Both the position numbers and the translations under genes were made by a program. This document shows positions 1-10,962 of a stretch of 64,000 nucleotides of DNA, one piece after another (positions within the stretch are counted from its first letter, which is position 1; every line of letters starts with the position of its first letter). Below the pieces are notes generated by a model. It had not been told where the DNA came from, made no database searches, and saw nothing but the letters and a program-made list of their open reading frames with translations. Source of the DNA: Thermodesulfobium acidiphilum (GTDB lineage: Bacteria > Thermodesulfobiota > Thermodesulfobiia > Thermodesulfobiales > Thermodesulfobiaceae); NCBI RefSeq assembly GCF_003057965.1, contig NZ_CP020921.1, positions 1 to 64,000 on the forward strand, in the 5' to 3' direction.

Positions 1-63
1 TTGTTAAATATTTACGATAACCTATCTATGATAAAATAGATCTACAAATTTTAAAAGAGGTAA

Positions 64-1416
64 ATGATAACGAGAGGGTTAGGTGACGTGAACAATATTT
101 GGCAAGAAATTTTAGATGTAGTAGAAGAAAAGATGGGAAAACCTACAGTAGAAGCTTTCCTAAAACCTTCTAAGGCAATAATAAATAAAGAAGAAAAAAA
201 ACTAACACTAATACTACCTAATGAATTTATTAAAACTTATATCGAACAAAAATCTGGCAAATTAAAAAATATAATCGAAGACATTTTAGAAGGAGAAAAT
301 CTAAAATTACACTTAGAAGTAGATGAATCCATAGGAAATTTAAGTCAGGAAGAGTATTTAGAAGGAAATAATAAAATAGAGAGAAACGAACAGAAAGGCT
401 TTTTATCAAAATATACATTTGAAACTTTTGTAGTTGGCCCAGGAAATAGGATGGCACACGCCGCCTCTCTTGCAGTAGCCGATAATCCCGGGAAAGCTTA
501 TAATCCCCTTTTTATTTATGGTGGTGCTGGATTAGGAAAAACACACCTCCTTCAAGCAATCGCTACAACAATAAGAACTAAAAAACCGAATTTATATATC
601 TTATATATAACAAGTGAAAAATTTACCAACGAGTTTATAAATGCTATAAAAGACGATAAGATTAATTCATTTCAAGAACACTATAGAAATATAGATATAC
701 TACTAGTAGATGACATACAATTTATAGCTGGGAAAGAAAGAACACAAGAAGAATTCTTTCACACCTTTAACACTCTATATGAATCAGGAAAACAAATAGT
801 TCTTTCATCAGATAGACCCCCAAAAGAGATCAAAACTTTAGAGGAAAGATTAAGAACAAGATTCGAAATGGGATTAATTGCAGATATACAACCCCCAGAT
901 TTAGAAACCAGAATCGCAATATTACAAAAAAAAGCTGAAATTGAAAATATAGATATAGAACCAGAAGCTTTAATATTAATTGCAGAAAAAGTCGCTTCAA
1001 ACATTAGGGAATTAGAAGGAGTACTTACAAAGTCCATGGCACTTTGTTCAATTAACCAAGAATCGAAAGTAACTATAAAACACGCTCAAGAAGCTCTTAA
1101 AAATATAGAAGACAACAAATTAAATAACTTACCAACTATGGATGAAATTGCCATAGCAGTATCAAAAGTAATGCAAATTAAACTAGAGGATTTGAAAAGT
1201 AGGGGAAGAAAAAGTCATCAAGCAAATGCAAGACAAATTGCAATGTACTTATGTAGAGAAATGACAAAAAATTCACTTCCACAAATAGGTGAATATTTTG
1301 GCAGAGATCACTCCACAGTAATACATGCATATGAAAGAATAAAAGAAGACATTAGTAAAGACCAAACCCTAAAAAGAATAATTGAACAAATAAGATCTTT
1401 TTTAAAGTCAGTTTAA
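64..1416 (+). CDS. dnaA: Chromosomal replication initiator DnaA
   Basis: Walker A GGAGLGKT, LLVDDIQF, QEEFFHTFN, RELEG, domain IV GRDHSTV; alternative in-frame GTG start at 88. Confidence 0.99.
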   Translation: MITRGLGDVNNIWQEILDVVEEKMGKPTVEAFLKPSKAIINKEEKKLTLILPNEFIKTYIEQKSGKLKNIIEDILEGENLKLHLEVDESIGNLSQEEYLEGNNKIERNEQKGFLSKYTFETFVVGPGNRMAHAASLAVADNPGKAYNPLFIYGGAGLGKTHLLQAIATTIRTKKPNLYILYITSEKFTNEFINAIKDDKINSFQEHYRNIDILLVDDIQFIAGKERTQEEFFHTFNTLYESGKQIVLSSDRPPKEIKTLEERLRTRFEMGLIADIQPPDLETRIAILQKKAEIENIDIEPEALILIAEKVASNIRELEGVLTKSMALCSINQESKVTIKHAQEALKNIEDNKLNNLPTMDEIAIAVSKVMQIKLEDLKSRGRKSHQANARQIAMYLCREMTKNSLPQIGEYFGRDHSTVIHAYERIKEDISKDQTLKRIIEQIRSFLKSV

Positions 1417-1644
1417 AAAAGCTTTACTTATCAACAAATGTTGATAACTTGTGGATAACTTGTTAATATTATGTGGATAAATGTTAATAAAAGGTTAATA
1501 ACTTTAAAACTAATAAAAATTATCCACATATTAAATAATCAATAAACAAGTTTTCAACATCTAAATTCGCACTGTTATGCGAAAAAAATAAGTTATCAAC
1601 ATATCCACAAGAACTATTATTATTACTTAAAAAGGAGTTAAATA
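1417..1644. promoter_or_regulatory. oriC: Replication origin oriC (DnaA-box cluster plus DnaA-trios)
   Basis: Between dnaA and dnaN; perfect boxes TGTGGATAA 1450-1458 and 1472-1480, TTATCCACA 1520-1528; one-mismatch boxes 1428-1436, 1439-1447, 1593-1601, 1601-1609; trio run CTA-TTA-TTA-TTA-CTT 1614-1628. Confidence 0.93.
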
Positions 1645-2757
1645 ATGAGAGAAATTAAAGACAATGTTAATAACAAAGAAGATCAAAAAAAGATAAAACT
1701 TGAACTACAAACAAATGAATTAAACAAACTAATACAGGACCTTTCAAAAAATATAAAAAAGCATCCTGTAGAAATATTAAGAAACATCCAAATCTCAGCA
1801 CAGGACAAACATATAATATTCAGATCAACCGACTTAGAAGTAGAAATAACCTATATTTTTAAAACAAACCAAGAAATAAAAATAGATCCCGTGCTCATAG
1901 AATCAAATGAATTAGCAAATCTAATCAAAAATTATCCAGATGAAAAAATAAACTTTGAATTCCAAAATGAAAAACTTATAATAGAAGGTGATGATTTATT
2001 AGCAACAATACCTCTAAAACAAGATCCAAACTTCCCAGACCCAATAGATATTTCAAAGGCACAACCAAAAGTTATTAACTTCAATATAATAAAACAGGCA
2101 ATCGAAAAAGTTATAAATTCAAGCTCACAAAGCTCTGATTCAAAAATGAGCGGTGTAAACTTTAAAACAAAAGAAAAAATCCTTACTATAGCAGCCACAG
2201 ATGGCTTTAGATTGGCAATATATAAAATAAATTTGGATGAGGAAATAGATATGAACTTTACAATATCAAAAAAATGTGCACAAGAGGTTATAAAATTTGA
2301 TGCTACAATGCCTACGTCATATCAAACCCAAACTCATTGGGTTTTGTCTACACATCAAAAAATACTCTCAGTAAAGAAACTTAACTACGAGTATCCAAAT
2401 TACGAAAAAGCTATCCCAACTGATAATAAATACAAATTTTACGTAAATAAAGAAGATTTCATAAAAAAACTAATTTTTACTTCATCACAATCAGAAATAG
2501 TAAAAATATCTTTACAAAACAACACGTTAAACATTCAATCATCAGATTCAAGAATAAACACAAAAACTACAGTAAGACCCGTAGAGGAAATAAAAGACAT
2601 AGAATTTCTTTTTAAATCATCATACCTAATTAACGGACTTAAAATATTTGACGAGGAAGAAATTTTGTTTACATATAAAGATGAAAACAAACCAATTACT
2701 ATTGAAAACAATTTAAATACAACTTATATAACCCTACCTGCAAGACCAGAAAGATAA
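1645..2757 (+). CDS. dnaN: DNA polymerase III beta sliding clamp (divergent)
   Basis: Position after dnaA/oriC, STDLE, ATDGFRLA, YPNYEKAIP motifs, 370 aa, AAGGAG RBS. Confidence 0.93.
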   Translation: MREIKDNVNNKEDQKKIKLELQTNELNKLIQDLSKNIKKHPVEILRNIQISAQDKHIIFRSTDLEVEITYIFKTNQEIKIDPVLIESNELANLIKNYPDEKINFEFQNEKLIIEGDDLLATIPLKQDPNFPDPIDISKAQPKVINFNIIKQAIEKVINSSSQSSDSKMSGVNFKTKEKILTIAATDGFRLAIYKINLDEEIDMNFTISKKCAQEVIKFDATMPTSYQTQTHWVLSTHQKILSVKKLNYEYPNYEKAIPTDNKYKFYVNKEDFIKKLIFTSSQSEIVKISLQNNTLNIQSSDSRINTKTTVRPVEEIKDIEFLFKSSYLINGLKIFDEEEILFTYKDENKPITIENNLNTTYITLPARPER

Positions 2758-2767
2758 AAAATAAGAA

Positions 2768-3739
2768 ATGATATTAGAAATACACCACTTTAGAAACTTT
2801 GAACACAATTTTTTCAATTTTAACAAAAAAAACCTAATTATAGGAAAAAACGCATCCGGAAAAACAAACCTCTTAGAAGCAATATATTTAACTCTTAGGG
2901 GGAAAACAAAAAATAACGTACCCAATCAAAATCTAATACAATTTTCAAAAAAAAACGCACTCATAAGAAATAGTGTTTACGGAAAAAGAATAGAAATCAT
3001 AATTAATAACAAAAATAAAATAATAAAAGTAAACGACAAAAGGTTAAACTCAAATATTGAACTATGGCAATACTTTAAAGTCTTTTATATAAATCCATTC
3101 GACTCTTTACTCTTATCACAAGAACCAAGAAATAAAAGAAAATTTCTCGACGAAATTATACTTAATATAAATCCAGATAATGCTAAAATATATAAAGATC
3201 TTAAAATTTTAAACACACAAAAAAACTATATTTTAAAAAATAAAAAAGATAGAGAACTTATTAAAAGTTACGATATAAAATTAACACAATTATCAAAGAA
3301 AATATCAAATTTAAGAGAAGAAGTTTTAAATAATATAATTCTAAATACCAAAGATTTACTTAAAGAAGAAAGTATAGAAATAAATTACTATAAAAGTTTA
3401 GAATCAAAAGAAATGGAAAAGAAGGATATTATTGAAGCAAAAACCAAAAGAAATATAATAAACCCATCAAGAGATAATTTCTCAGTAAAAATCAAAAATA
3501 TAAATTCAACTTTTTTATCTACAGGTGAAATAAAAAAGTTTTCACTAGCACTTCACCTTGCAAAGATAAATATTTTTAAAGAATACAATTGTATTTCACT
3601 ATTTGACGAAATCAACTCTTTCCTAGACAAAACAAATTTAGATATCCTTTTAAAATGGATCCAGAAAATAAATGACTATGTTTTTATCACATCCACTTCT
3701 GAATTAGATCTAGAAAATTTTGACAAGATTTTTTTATAA
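2768..3739 (+). CDS. recF: DNA replication/repair protein RecF (short, divergent)
   Basis: FRNF, Walker A GKNASGKTNLLEAI, RKFLD, signature STGE, Walker B LFDE; synteny dnaN-recF-gyrB. Confidence 0.88.
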   Translation: MILEIHHFRNFEHNFFNFNKKNLIIGKNASGKTNLLEAIYLTLRGKTKNNVPNQNLIQFSKKNALIRNSVYGKRIEIIINNKNKIIKVNDKRLNSNIELWQYFKVFYINPFDSLLLSQEPRNKRKFLDEIILNINPDNAKIYKDLKILNTQKNYILKNKKDRELIKSYDIKLTQLSKKISNLREEVLNNIILNTKDLLKEESIEINYYKSLESKEMEKKDIIEAKTKRNIINPSRDNFSVKIKNINSTFLSTGEIKKFSLALHLAKINIFKEYNCISLFDEINSFLDKTNLDILLKWIQKINDYVFITSTSELDLENFDKIFL

Positions 3740-3748
3740 TTAAATACT

Positions 3749-4189
3749 ATGGATAAAATAGGCTTACTAATCTTAAACCAAATACCAAAAAATTTAAAAC
3801 AGTGTTTTATTATAGAAAAAAATTGGCATGAAATAGTAGGTTTAAAACTATCAAAAATATCTAAACCAATAAAATTAAGTCAAAAAACTCTTACTATTTC
3901 AACAACTCATCCTACAATAAGTAGAGAAATTTCGCTTTATTCGGATACAATTATAGATAGAATTAAAAAGAAGCTAGATATAGATATTAAGAATTTAAAA
4001 TTCAAAACTTTAAGTTTCGAAACAAATAAGCAGGATAAAATAAAAAAAATAAACAATTTATTTAATATTGAAATAAATTATCCAAATTGTTTTATAGAAA
4101 TAAAAGATGAAAATATTAGAAAAAAAATAATGAACATATATAAGATAATAAAAACAAAAGAAAACAAAAGTAACAAAGGAGATGAATAA
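3749..4189 (+). CDS. DUF721/DciA-like protein
   Basis: NWHEIVG...ISKPIKLSQKTLTI pattern; position between recF and gyrB. Confidence 0.7.
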   Translation: MDKIGLLILNQIPKNLKQCFIIEKNWHEIVGLKLSKISKPIKLSQKTLTISTTHPTISREISLYSDTIIDRIKKKLDIDIKNLKFKTLSFETNKQDKIKKINNLFNIEINYPNCFIEIKDENIRKKIMNIYKIIKTKENKSNKGDE

Positions 4190-6092
4190 ATTCATGAAAT
4201 ATACTTCAAAAGACATCGTAGTTCTAGAAGGAATGGAAGCAGTAAGAAAAAGACCTGGAATGTATATTGGTTCAGTTGGAATTAAAGGACTTTTACACCT
4301 GGTATATGAAGTAGTAGATAACTCTGTAGATGAGTTTATGGCAGGATATTGTAAAAAAATATCTGTAACAATTCATAAATCAAATTATGTAACTGTCGAA
4401 GATGACGGTAGAGGCATACCAACAGATATACACGAACAAACAAATAAAAATGCTCTTGAATTAGTGTTAACTACACTTCATGCTGGAGGAAAATTTAACG
4501 ATAAAGTTTATAAGGTATCTGGAGGATTGCATGGGGTTGGTATATCAGTAGTAAACGCTTTGTCAGAAAGGTTTATTGCGACTATATATAGGGATGGAAA
4601 AATATTTACACAGGAATTTTCACGAGGCAATCCAATATCAGAAATCAAAATTATAGGCGAAAGCGATAAACATGGAACTAAAATAAAGTTCTTACCAGAT
4701 AAAGAAATCTTCAAAGACATAAATTGGGATGCCGACGAATTAAAAGCAAGATTTAAGGAAATTACATTTTTAAATCCAGGCCTAGAAATAATTTTCTTAG
4801 ATGAAAGAATTAATGAAAAAGAAATTTTTTATGATGAAAGAGGTTTGTTGGGTTTTGTTGAATACCTAAATAAAAATTCAAAACCTCTATATTCCCCACC
4901 TATACTTATTCAGGGTGAATATGAAGAGGTTTACGTTGATATAGCACTTCAACACATTGATTCAACTTATGAAAATATAATTTGTTTTGCTAATAACATT
5001 GCCACAAAGGAAGGTGGTTCACACCTAACAGCATTTAAAAATTCTTTAACAAAATTAACTAACCAATATGCAAAAGAAAAAAAGATTCTTAAAGAAGATG
5101 AAAATTTTCAAGGAGAAGATATTAGAAGTGGATTAACAGCAGTAATTTCAGTAAAATTAAAGGAGCCTTTATTTGAAGGGCAAACAAAAACCAAACTTTC
5201 TTCTTTAGAAGCTAAAAACGCCGTCGAAAAGCTTATGGAAAAATTCATAATAGAATTAGAATCAAAACCAGAAGTAGCTAATATGATAATAAAGTCATCT
5301 TTAGCCGCAAAAGAAGCCAGAGAGGCTGCAAAAAAAGCTAGGGACATGGTAAGGAAAAAACATGACTTTACATCTAGTATTTCTTTACCCGGAAAACTTG
5401 CACTATGTTCTTCAAAAAAACCAGAAGAATGTGAACTGTTTATTGTAGAGGGCGACAGTGCAGGTGGATCTGCAAAACAAGGAAGAGATAGAAGATTTCA
5501 AGCTATTCTTCCGTTAAGAGGAAAAATATTAAACGTTGAAAAGGCTAATATAGACAAAATTTTAGCAAACCAGGAAATAAAAGCTCTTGCTGCTTCAATT
5601 GGTTTACCTTTTTATGAGGAAGACATACCTGTATCAGATTGGATAAAAAATCTTAGATTTCACAAAATTATAATTATGACCGATGCAGACGTTGACGGTT
5701 CGCACATAAGAACACTTCTTCTAACTCTTTTTTTTAGATATTTCAGACCATTAATCGAAATGGGGAAAGTATTTATAGCTCAACCACCCCTTTACATGAT
5801 TAGAAAGGGGAAGGAGAGGATGTATGCTATGAACGATGAGGAACTAAATGACATACTTTCTAAGATAAAAAGCCCAGATTCAATTCAAAGATTTAAAGGA
5901 TTAGGTGAAATGACTCCATCACAACTATGGGACGTTGCAATGAATCCTGAAAAAAGGACAATTTTAAGGGTTTATATAGATGACGCAAGCGAAGCTAATA
6001 GAATTTTTGAAATCCTTATGGGAGATAATGTAGAGTATAGAAAAGCGTTTATTGAAAGATATGCTCGGGAGGTAAAAAACTTAGATGTCTGA
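4182..6092 (+). CDS. gyrB: DNA gyrase subunit B
   Basis: [50 protein letters not shown]; start may be ATG 4194. Confidence 0.98.
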   Translation: MNKFMKYTSKDIVVLEGMEAVRKRPGMYIGSVGIKGLLHLVYEVVDNSVDEFMAGYCKKISVTIHKSNYVTVEDDGRGIPTDIHEQTNKNALELVLTTLHAGGKFNDKVYKVSGGLHGVGISVVNALSERFIATIYRDGKIFTQEFSRGNPISEIKIIGESDKHGTKIKFLPDKEIFKDINWDADELKARFKEITFLNPGLEIIFLDERINEKEIFYDERGLLGFVEYLNKNSKPLYSPPILIQGEYEEVYVDIALQHIDSTYENIICFANNIATKEGGSHLTAFKNSLTKLTNQYAKEKKILKEDENFQGEDIRSGLTAVISVKLKEPLFEGQTKTKLSSLEAKNAVEKLMEKFIIELESKPEVANMIIKSSLAAKEAREAAKKARDMVRKKHDFTSSISLPGKLALCSSKKPEECELFIVEGDSAGGSAKQGRDRRFQAILPLRGKILNVEKANIDKILANQEIKALAASIGLPFYEEDIPVSDWIKNLRFHKIIIMTDADVDGSHIRTLLLTLFFRYFRPLIEMGKVFIAQPPLYMIRKGKERMYAMNDEELNDILSKIKSPDSIQRFKGLGEMTPSQLWDVAMNPEKRTILRVYIDDASEANRIFEILMGDNVEYRKAFIERYAREVKNLDV

Positions 6093-8499
6093 AATTATAA
6101 GGGTTGTAGAAGAAGAGGTAAAGGATTCATATTTAGACTATGCAATGAGCGTAATAATTGGTAGAGCAATACCCGATATAAGAGACGGCTTAAAACCCGT
6201 TCAAAGAAGAATCATTTATGCAATGAATGAAATGGGCATGACATACGATAAACCTCACAAAAAGTGCGCAAGGGTCGTTGGCGAGGTTTTAGGAAAATTT
6301 CATCCTCATGGAGATACAGCTGTATACGATGCACTTGTAAGGATGGCTCAGGATTTTACATATAGATATCCTTTAATTGATGGTCATGGTAACTTTGGAT
6401 CTTTAGACGGAGATAATGCAGCGGCAATGAGATATACTGAAGCAAGACTTGCAAAAATTTCAAATACCCTTGTTTCAGAAATGAACTTTAACATTGTACC
6501 AATGCAGGATAACTTTGATGGTTCCCTAAAGGAACCAGAGGTATTACCCGCAAAATTTCCTCAACTATTAGCAAACGGTGCTTCAGGAATAGCTGTAGGT
6601 ATGGCTACTTCTATTCCACCACATAATTTGGGAGAATTAATTGATGCGCTACTTTTAATTTTAAAAAACCCTCAAATTTCCGAAGAAGAGCTGTTAAAGG
6701 TTTTACCAGGGCCGGATTTCCCAACAGGAGGAATAGTAGTAGGAAAAAATGGGATCAAAGAATACTTTTTAACTGGTAAGGGGAAAGTTATTTTAAGAGG
6801 AAGATATAAAATAGAAACGGGTTTGAAATCAAATAAATTGGTTATAAGTGAAATCCCATATTCTGTAAATAAGGCTATTTTAGTTGAAAAAATAGATCAG
6901 CTTATAAAGGAAAAGAGATTGGATGGAGTTTCAGAAATAAGAGATGAATCAGGAAGAGAAGGAATAAGAATTGTCTTAGAACTTAAAAAAGGGGCAAGTT
7001 CAGAAAAAGTTATAAAAAAATTATACAAACACACTACAATGCAGATAACATTTGGCGTAATAATGCTTTCATTAGTAGCAGGTGTTCCAAAAGTATTACC
7101 TGTAAAGGATGTATTGTTACACTTTCTTAACTTTAGAAAGGATATTCAGAGAAAGAGATTAGAAAGGATTTTAGAAGATTTAAAAAAAAGATTAGTGCTC
7201 CTTAGTGCCCTATCAAAAGCATTAGAAAAGATTGATCAGGTTATAGAAATTATAAAAAAATCTCTTAATCCCACAGAAGCTAAAAAGAAACTTTGTGAAT
7301 TCCTCCAAATTTCAGAAGAGGGCGCCCAAGGCATTCTCGATTTAAGATTACAAAGATTAACATCCTTAGAAAGGGAAAAAATTCTTAAAGACCTTGAAAA
7401 AACTCTATCGGAAATCAAGGAAACCGAGTTTGCACTAAACGATGAAGGAAGATTTTTAGAAATTTTGGAAAATGAACTTATTGAGATAAAATCCAATTTT
7501 GCTGATAAGAGAAAAACTGAAATTTCTTTAGATTTCGAAGAAGAAGATATCCTTGAAGAAGACATACCTGAGGGTGAAGTTATAGTTACAATAAGCAAAT
7601 TGGGATTTATAAAAAGAATGAAAAAAGATGTTTTTGAAAGGCAAAACAAAGGCGGCAAAGGCATTGACGGCATTCAAAAGAGTAGTGCAATTCAAGATAG
7701 AATTCAAACATCTATAGTTTTGTCGAACAAAGATAGAATATTGTTCATATCATCAAAAGGTAGGGCCTATACACTTCTTGCATATAGCATTCCAGAATTT
7801 TCAAGAACTTCGAGAGGTACAGGTATAGCAAATATTTTGCCCCTTTCAGAGGATGAGAAAATAACCTTTATGGTCCAAATTAAGGAAGACGAAATAAAAA
7901 AGGACATAATACTAGCTACATCTATGGGATATTTAAAGAAAATTAAGCTTGAAAATATTATTTCTAAAAGAAGAAATGGTGTAATTGCAATTAAACTTAA
8001 CGATTCAGAATCAGTCGTAGGGGCGTGTATGGTTTGTGAAGACAAATTTTTGCTTTATTCTAGTAACGGATTTGCCACTCTGGCAAATCTTAAGAATTTA
8101 AGGAATATGGGGAACAATTCACACGGTGTTATTGGTATGAGATTATCAAAAGATGACAAACTTTTAGGAATTGTACCTGATTCAAATTACTTCATAGTAA
8201 TAGATAAGAACGGAAACGGTAAAAAAGTAAGTAGCGATAACTTTACCAGTCACAAAAGGGGAACAAAGGGGGTTAGGGTATCAAAGAATAAGCTTGCAAC
8301 CATTTTAAATTACAAAGAGGGAATGGATCTGATTATATATACAGAAAAGGGCAAAGTTATTAGAATAGATATAGATTCAGTAAAACAACTATCCAGAAAT
8401 GCGAAGGGAATAAAGCTTCAGAAATTAGACAAAACAGATAGTGTTTTGGATGCTGCTGTAGTTAGATCAAATGCTAATCTAATAGAAGATAATTTATGA
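6085..8499 (+). CDS. gyrA: DNA gyrase subunit A
   Basis: [14 protein letters not shown], catalytic AAMRYTE, GyrA-box QNKGGKG and C-terminal pinwheel repeats. Confidence 0.98.
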   Translation: MSEIIRVVEEEVKDSYLDYAMSVIIGRAIPDIRDGLKPVQRRIIYAMNEMGMTYDKPHKKCARVVGEVLGKFHPHGDTAVYDALVRMAQDFTYRYPLIDGHGNFGSLDGDNAAAMRYTEARLAKISNTLVSEMNFNIVPMQDNFDGSLKEPEVLPAKFPQLLANGASGIAVGMATSIPPHNLGELIDALLLILKNPQISEEELLKVLPGPDFPTGGIVVGKNGIKEYFLTGKGKVILRGRYKIETGLKSNKLVISEIPYSVNKAILVEKIDQLIKEKRLDGVSEIRDESGREGIRIVLELKKGASSEKVIKKLYKHTTMQITFGVIMLSLVAGVPKVLPVKDVLLHFLNFRKDIQRKRLERILEDLKKRLVLLSALSKALEKIDQVIEIIKKSLNPTEAKKKLCEFLQISEEGAQGILDLRLQRLTSLEREKILKDLEKTLSEIKETEFALNDEGRFLEILENELIEIKSNFADKRKTEISLDFEEEDILEEDIPEGEVIVTISKLGFIKRMKKDVFERQNKGGKGIDGIQKSSAIQDRIQTSIVLSNKDRILFISSKGRAYTLLAYSIPEFSRTSRGTGIANILPLSEDEKITFMVQIKEDEIKKDIILATSMGYLKKIKLENIISKRRNGVIAIKLNDSESVVGACMVCEDKFLLYSSNGFATLANLKNLRNMGNNSHGVIGMRLSKDDKLLGIVPDSNYFIVIDKNGNGKKVSSDNFTSHKRGTKGVRVSKNKLATILNYKEGMDLIIYTEKGKVIRIDIDSVKQLSRNAKGIKLQKLDKTDSVLDAAVVRSNANLIEDNL

Positions 8500-9440
8500 A
8501 CATTACTACAATTGGTTTAGAATTAAAATCATATATAAAGTTATCAGAGACAGAACTTGCGAGGATCTTAGAAACAGAAGTGGATACCTTAAGAAGTGCA
8601 TCTTTGCATTTATTGGAAGCAGGTGGTAAGAGAATTAGGCCAACGCTAGTCTTTTTGAGCGCACTGTGTGTTAATCAAAATGTAGAAAAAGTTATAAAGT
8701 ATGCTGCTGTTGTTGAAGGTATACACCTTGCCACGCTCATACACGATGACGTAATCGATGAATCCAATGTAAGAAGGGGGATGTTAAGTGTAAATGGAAA
8801 ATACGGCTTTAAAGTAGCCATTCTTTCTGGAGATTTTATTCTTGCAAAGATAACTCACTTTCTTTCTTTGTTAGAAAATAAAGAACCTGTAAGACTCATG
8901 GCAGAAGTTATTATGCGTATGGCTGAAGGAGAAGTAATGCAACAAGAAGACCTTTTTAAAATTGTATCTATTGAGAGATATATTGTTAGGTGTACTAACA
9001 AAACTGCAAGACTTATTAGTTCTTCTGCCTTTCTTGGAAGTATTGACGTGCTTGATAAAAGGAATATCTTCGCTGAGTTTGGTTTAAATTTGGGCATAGC
9101 TTTCCAGATAATTGATGATATATTAGATTTTACTGGAGAGGTAAAAAAGTTAGGTAAGCTCCCGGGTTCAGATTTGAGATCTGGAGTAGTTACTTTACCA
9201 GTTTTGCTCCTTTCTAAAAAGAGAAGAGAAGTTGAGATCTTGTTAGAGAAAAAGTTGGAAGATGGAATAAATAAAGTTATCGAGATGGTCAAAAATGATA
9301 ATGTTTTGAAAGAAAGCGTTAATTTAGCAAGGCATTATTCAAATAGAGCAATTGAATGTTTAAAAGAATTAGGAGTTAATAATATTTATACAAAAGTCCT
9401 TATGGATTATGTAAAAATGCTTGAAGAGAGAGTATCATAA
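8496..9440 (+). CDS. Polyprenyl diphosphate synthase (HepT/IspB-like)
   Basis: GGKRIRP, first DDxxD (HDDVID..RRG), second DDxxD (FQIIDDILD). Confidence 0.93.
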   Translation: MNITTIGLELKSYIKLSETELARILETEVDTLRSASLHLLEAGGKRIRPTLVFLSALCVNQNVEKVIKYAAVVEGIHLATLIHDDVIDESNVRRGMLSVNGKYGFKVAILSGDFILAKITHFLSLLENKEPVRLMAEVIMRMAEGEVMQQEDLFKIVSIERYIVRCTNKTARLISSSAFLGSIDVLDKRNIFAEFGLNLGIAFQIIDDILDFTGEVKKLGKLPGSDLRSGVVTLPVLLLSKKRREVEILLEKKLEDGINKVIEMVKNDNVLKESVNLARHYSNRAIECLKELGVNNIYTKVLMDYVKMLEERVS

Positions 9441-10181
9441 TTGCCCGAAGAGATAATAGAAAGAATTAGTAATTTAAAGGAGTTTTATAAATCTGGAACT
9501 AAAATTGATATTTTTTTAGTACTTAGATCTGTGGATAAAGAAGAACTCGATGGGCCTTATAGCTCTTTAATTTCTTACCTGGACAATGATGAAGTGTTAT
9601 GGATAGAAACTCCAATGAACAAAGGATTTCCTCTTATCCTAGCCCCACAGGATTTAGTCCTGGTAAACGTTAAAAAGGGGAAACTAATTTATCAATTTCA
9701 AAGTTTGATTTTAGAAAGAAGAAAGGAACCCAATACAAACCTCTTTTTGTTTGCGCTAAAAGCTGCGAAAGAAGTTAAAAAAATTGAAAGAAGAAATTTC
9801 TTTAGATTGCCTGTGATTTTAGATATAACTTTAAAGATCAAAAAGAACATCCAAGACAAAGATTTTATTATTTTTAAAGGTAAGACAAAAGACCTTTCTG
9901 GAGGGGGAGTAAGGGTAGCAGTTAAGTCAAGCGACTACAAAGAGATAATGAAATTAATAAAAGAAGATTATATAATCTTTATCGAGTTTGAAATTGACAA
10001 AAGAAAAAAGATAAACCAAAAAATAAAATTTGTTAATTCTTATACTGATGAGGAATCAAAAATAGGCTTTATTTCGTTTTATTTTGATAATATATATCGG
10101 GGGATTCAAGACTCTATAATTAGATTTCTTTTTGCTAAACAAAGAGAGATGAAACAAAAGGGTATAGAGTTTGATGAGTAA
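9441..10181 (+). CDS. PilZ-domain flagellar brake protein (YcgR/MotI-like)
   Basis: RxxxR (RRNFFR) and DxSxGG (DLSGGG) c-di-GMP motifs; TTG start abutting previous stop. Confidence 0.85.
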   Translation: MPEEIIERISNLKEFYKSGTKIDIFLVLRSVDKEELDGPYSSLISYLDNDEVLWIETPMNKGFPLILAPQDLVLVNVKKGKLIYQFQSLILERRKEPNTNLFLFALKAAKEVKKIERRNFFRLPVILDITLKIKKNIQDKDFIIFKGKTKDLSGGGVRVAVKSSDYKEIMKLIKEDYIIFIEFEIDKRKKINQKIKFVNSYTDEESKIGFISFYFDNIYRGIQDSIIRFLFAKQREMKQKGIEFDE

Positions 10182-10290
10182 TTTTAAAATTAAGAAGTTA
10201 TTTGGTAAACTAAATATTTAGTATTTAGTAAAGGCTTTGAAAGGATAAGGTGGGTTATTTGATTCCATTTTTATTTTTTGAGAGTAAAGG

Positions 10291-10962
10291 ATGATAGACG
10301 AGAAGGCTCTCTGGATAAAGTATAGAAACAATTCAACCCAGGAAAATAGGAACCTTCTTGCCCTTAACTATCTGCCGTTAGTAAAAAGAATTGCTGCAAA
10401 AATATATACAAGTATACAAGGTAAAGTAGAATTTGAAGAACTTTTAAACTATGGAATTTTAGGGCTGCTTACTTCAATTGAAAGATTTGAAGAATCTCGA
10501 AACCTCAAATTTGAAACCTTTGCTACGCATAGAATTAGAGGGGCAATTCTTGACGGTTTAAGACAAATTGACCCGTTAAAAAGAGGAACGCGTTCTAAAG
10601 TAAAGAAAATAGATAAAGCTATCAGTGATTTAAAAGTATTGCTTGGTAAGGACCCAAATGACAAAGAGGTTGCTAATTATTTAAATATAACCCAGGAAGA
10701 GTTGCTAAGTTGGTATACTGAAATAGATGCACTTTCAACTTTTCAAGGAGATTTTTCCAATTCAGAAAATTCTTATATTGATCTATCAATGGCTATTGAA
10801 ACGCTTAGCGAAAGAGAAAAGCAAGTTGTAGATCTATACTATTATGAAGACTTATCTTTGGATGAGATTGCAAAAATCTTAAATATATCGATTTCAAGAG
10901 TATCTCAAATTCACGGTAAAGCTTTAATAAAGTTAAAATCCCAACTAGAGGGGGACAAATGA
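10291..10962 (+). CDS. fliA: Flagellar sigma factor FliA/SigD/WhiG
   Basis: KFETFATHRIRGAILDGLR, region 4 LYYYEDLSLDEIAKILNISISRVSQIH. Confidence 0.92.
   Translation: MIDEKALWIKYRNNSTQENRNLLALNYLPLVKRIAAKIYTSIQGKVEFEELLNYGILGLLTSIERFEESRNLKFETFATHRIRGAILDGLRQIDPLKRGTRSKVKKIDKAISDLKVLLGKDPNDKEVANYLNITQEELLSWYTEIDALSTFQGDFSNSENSYIDLSMAIETLSEREKQVVDLYYYEDLSLDEIAKILNISISRVSQIHGKALIKLKSQLEGDK

Noticed and set aside
1428..1501. Regularly spaced repeats resembling a mini CRISPR or iteron array
   Set aside because: Units are 9-bp DnaA boxes with 1-2 bp gaps; no spacers or cas genes
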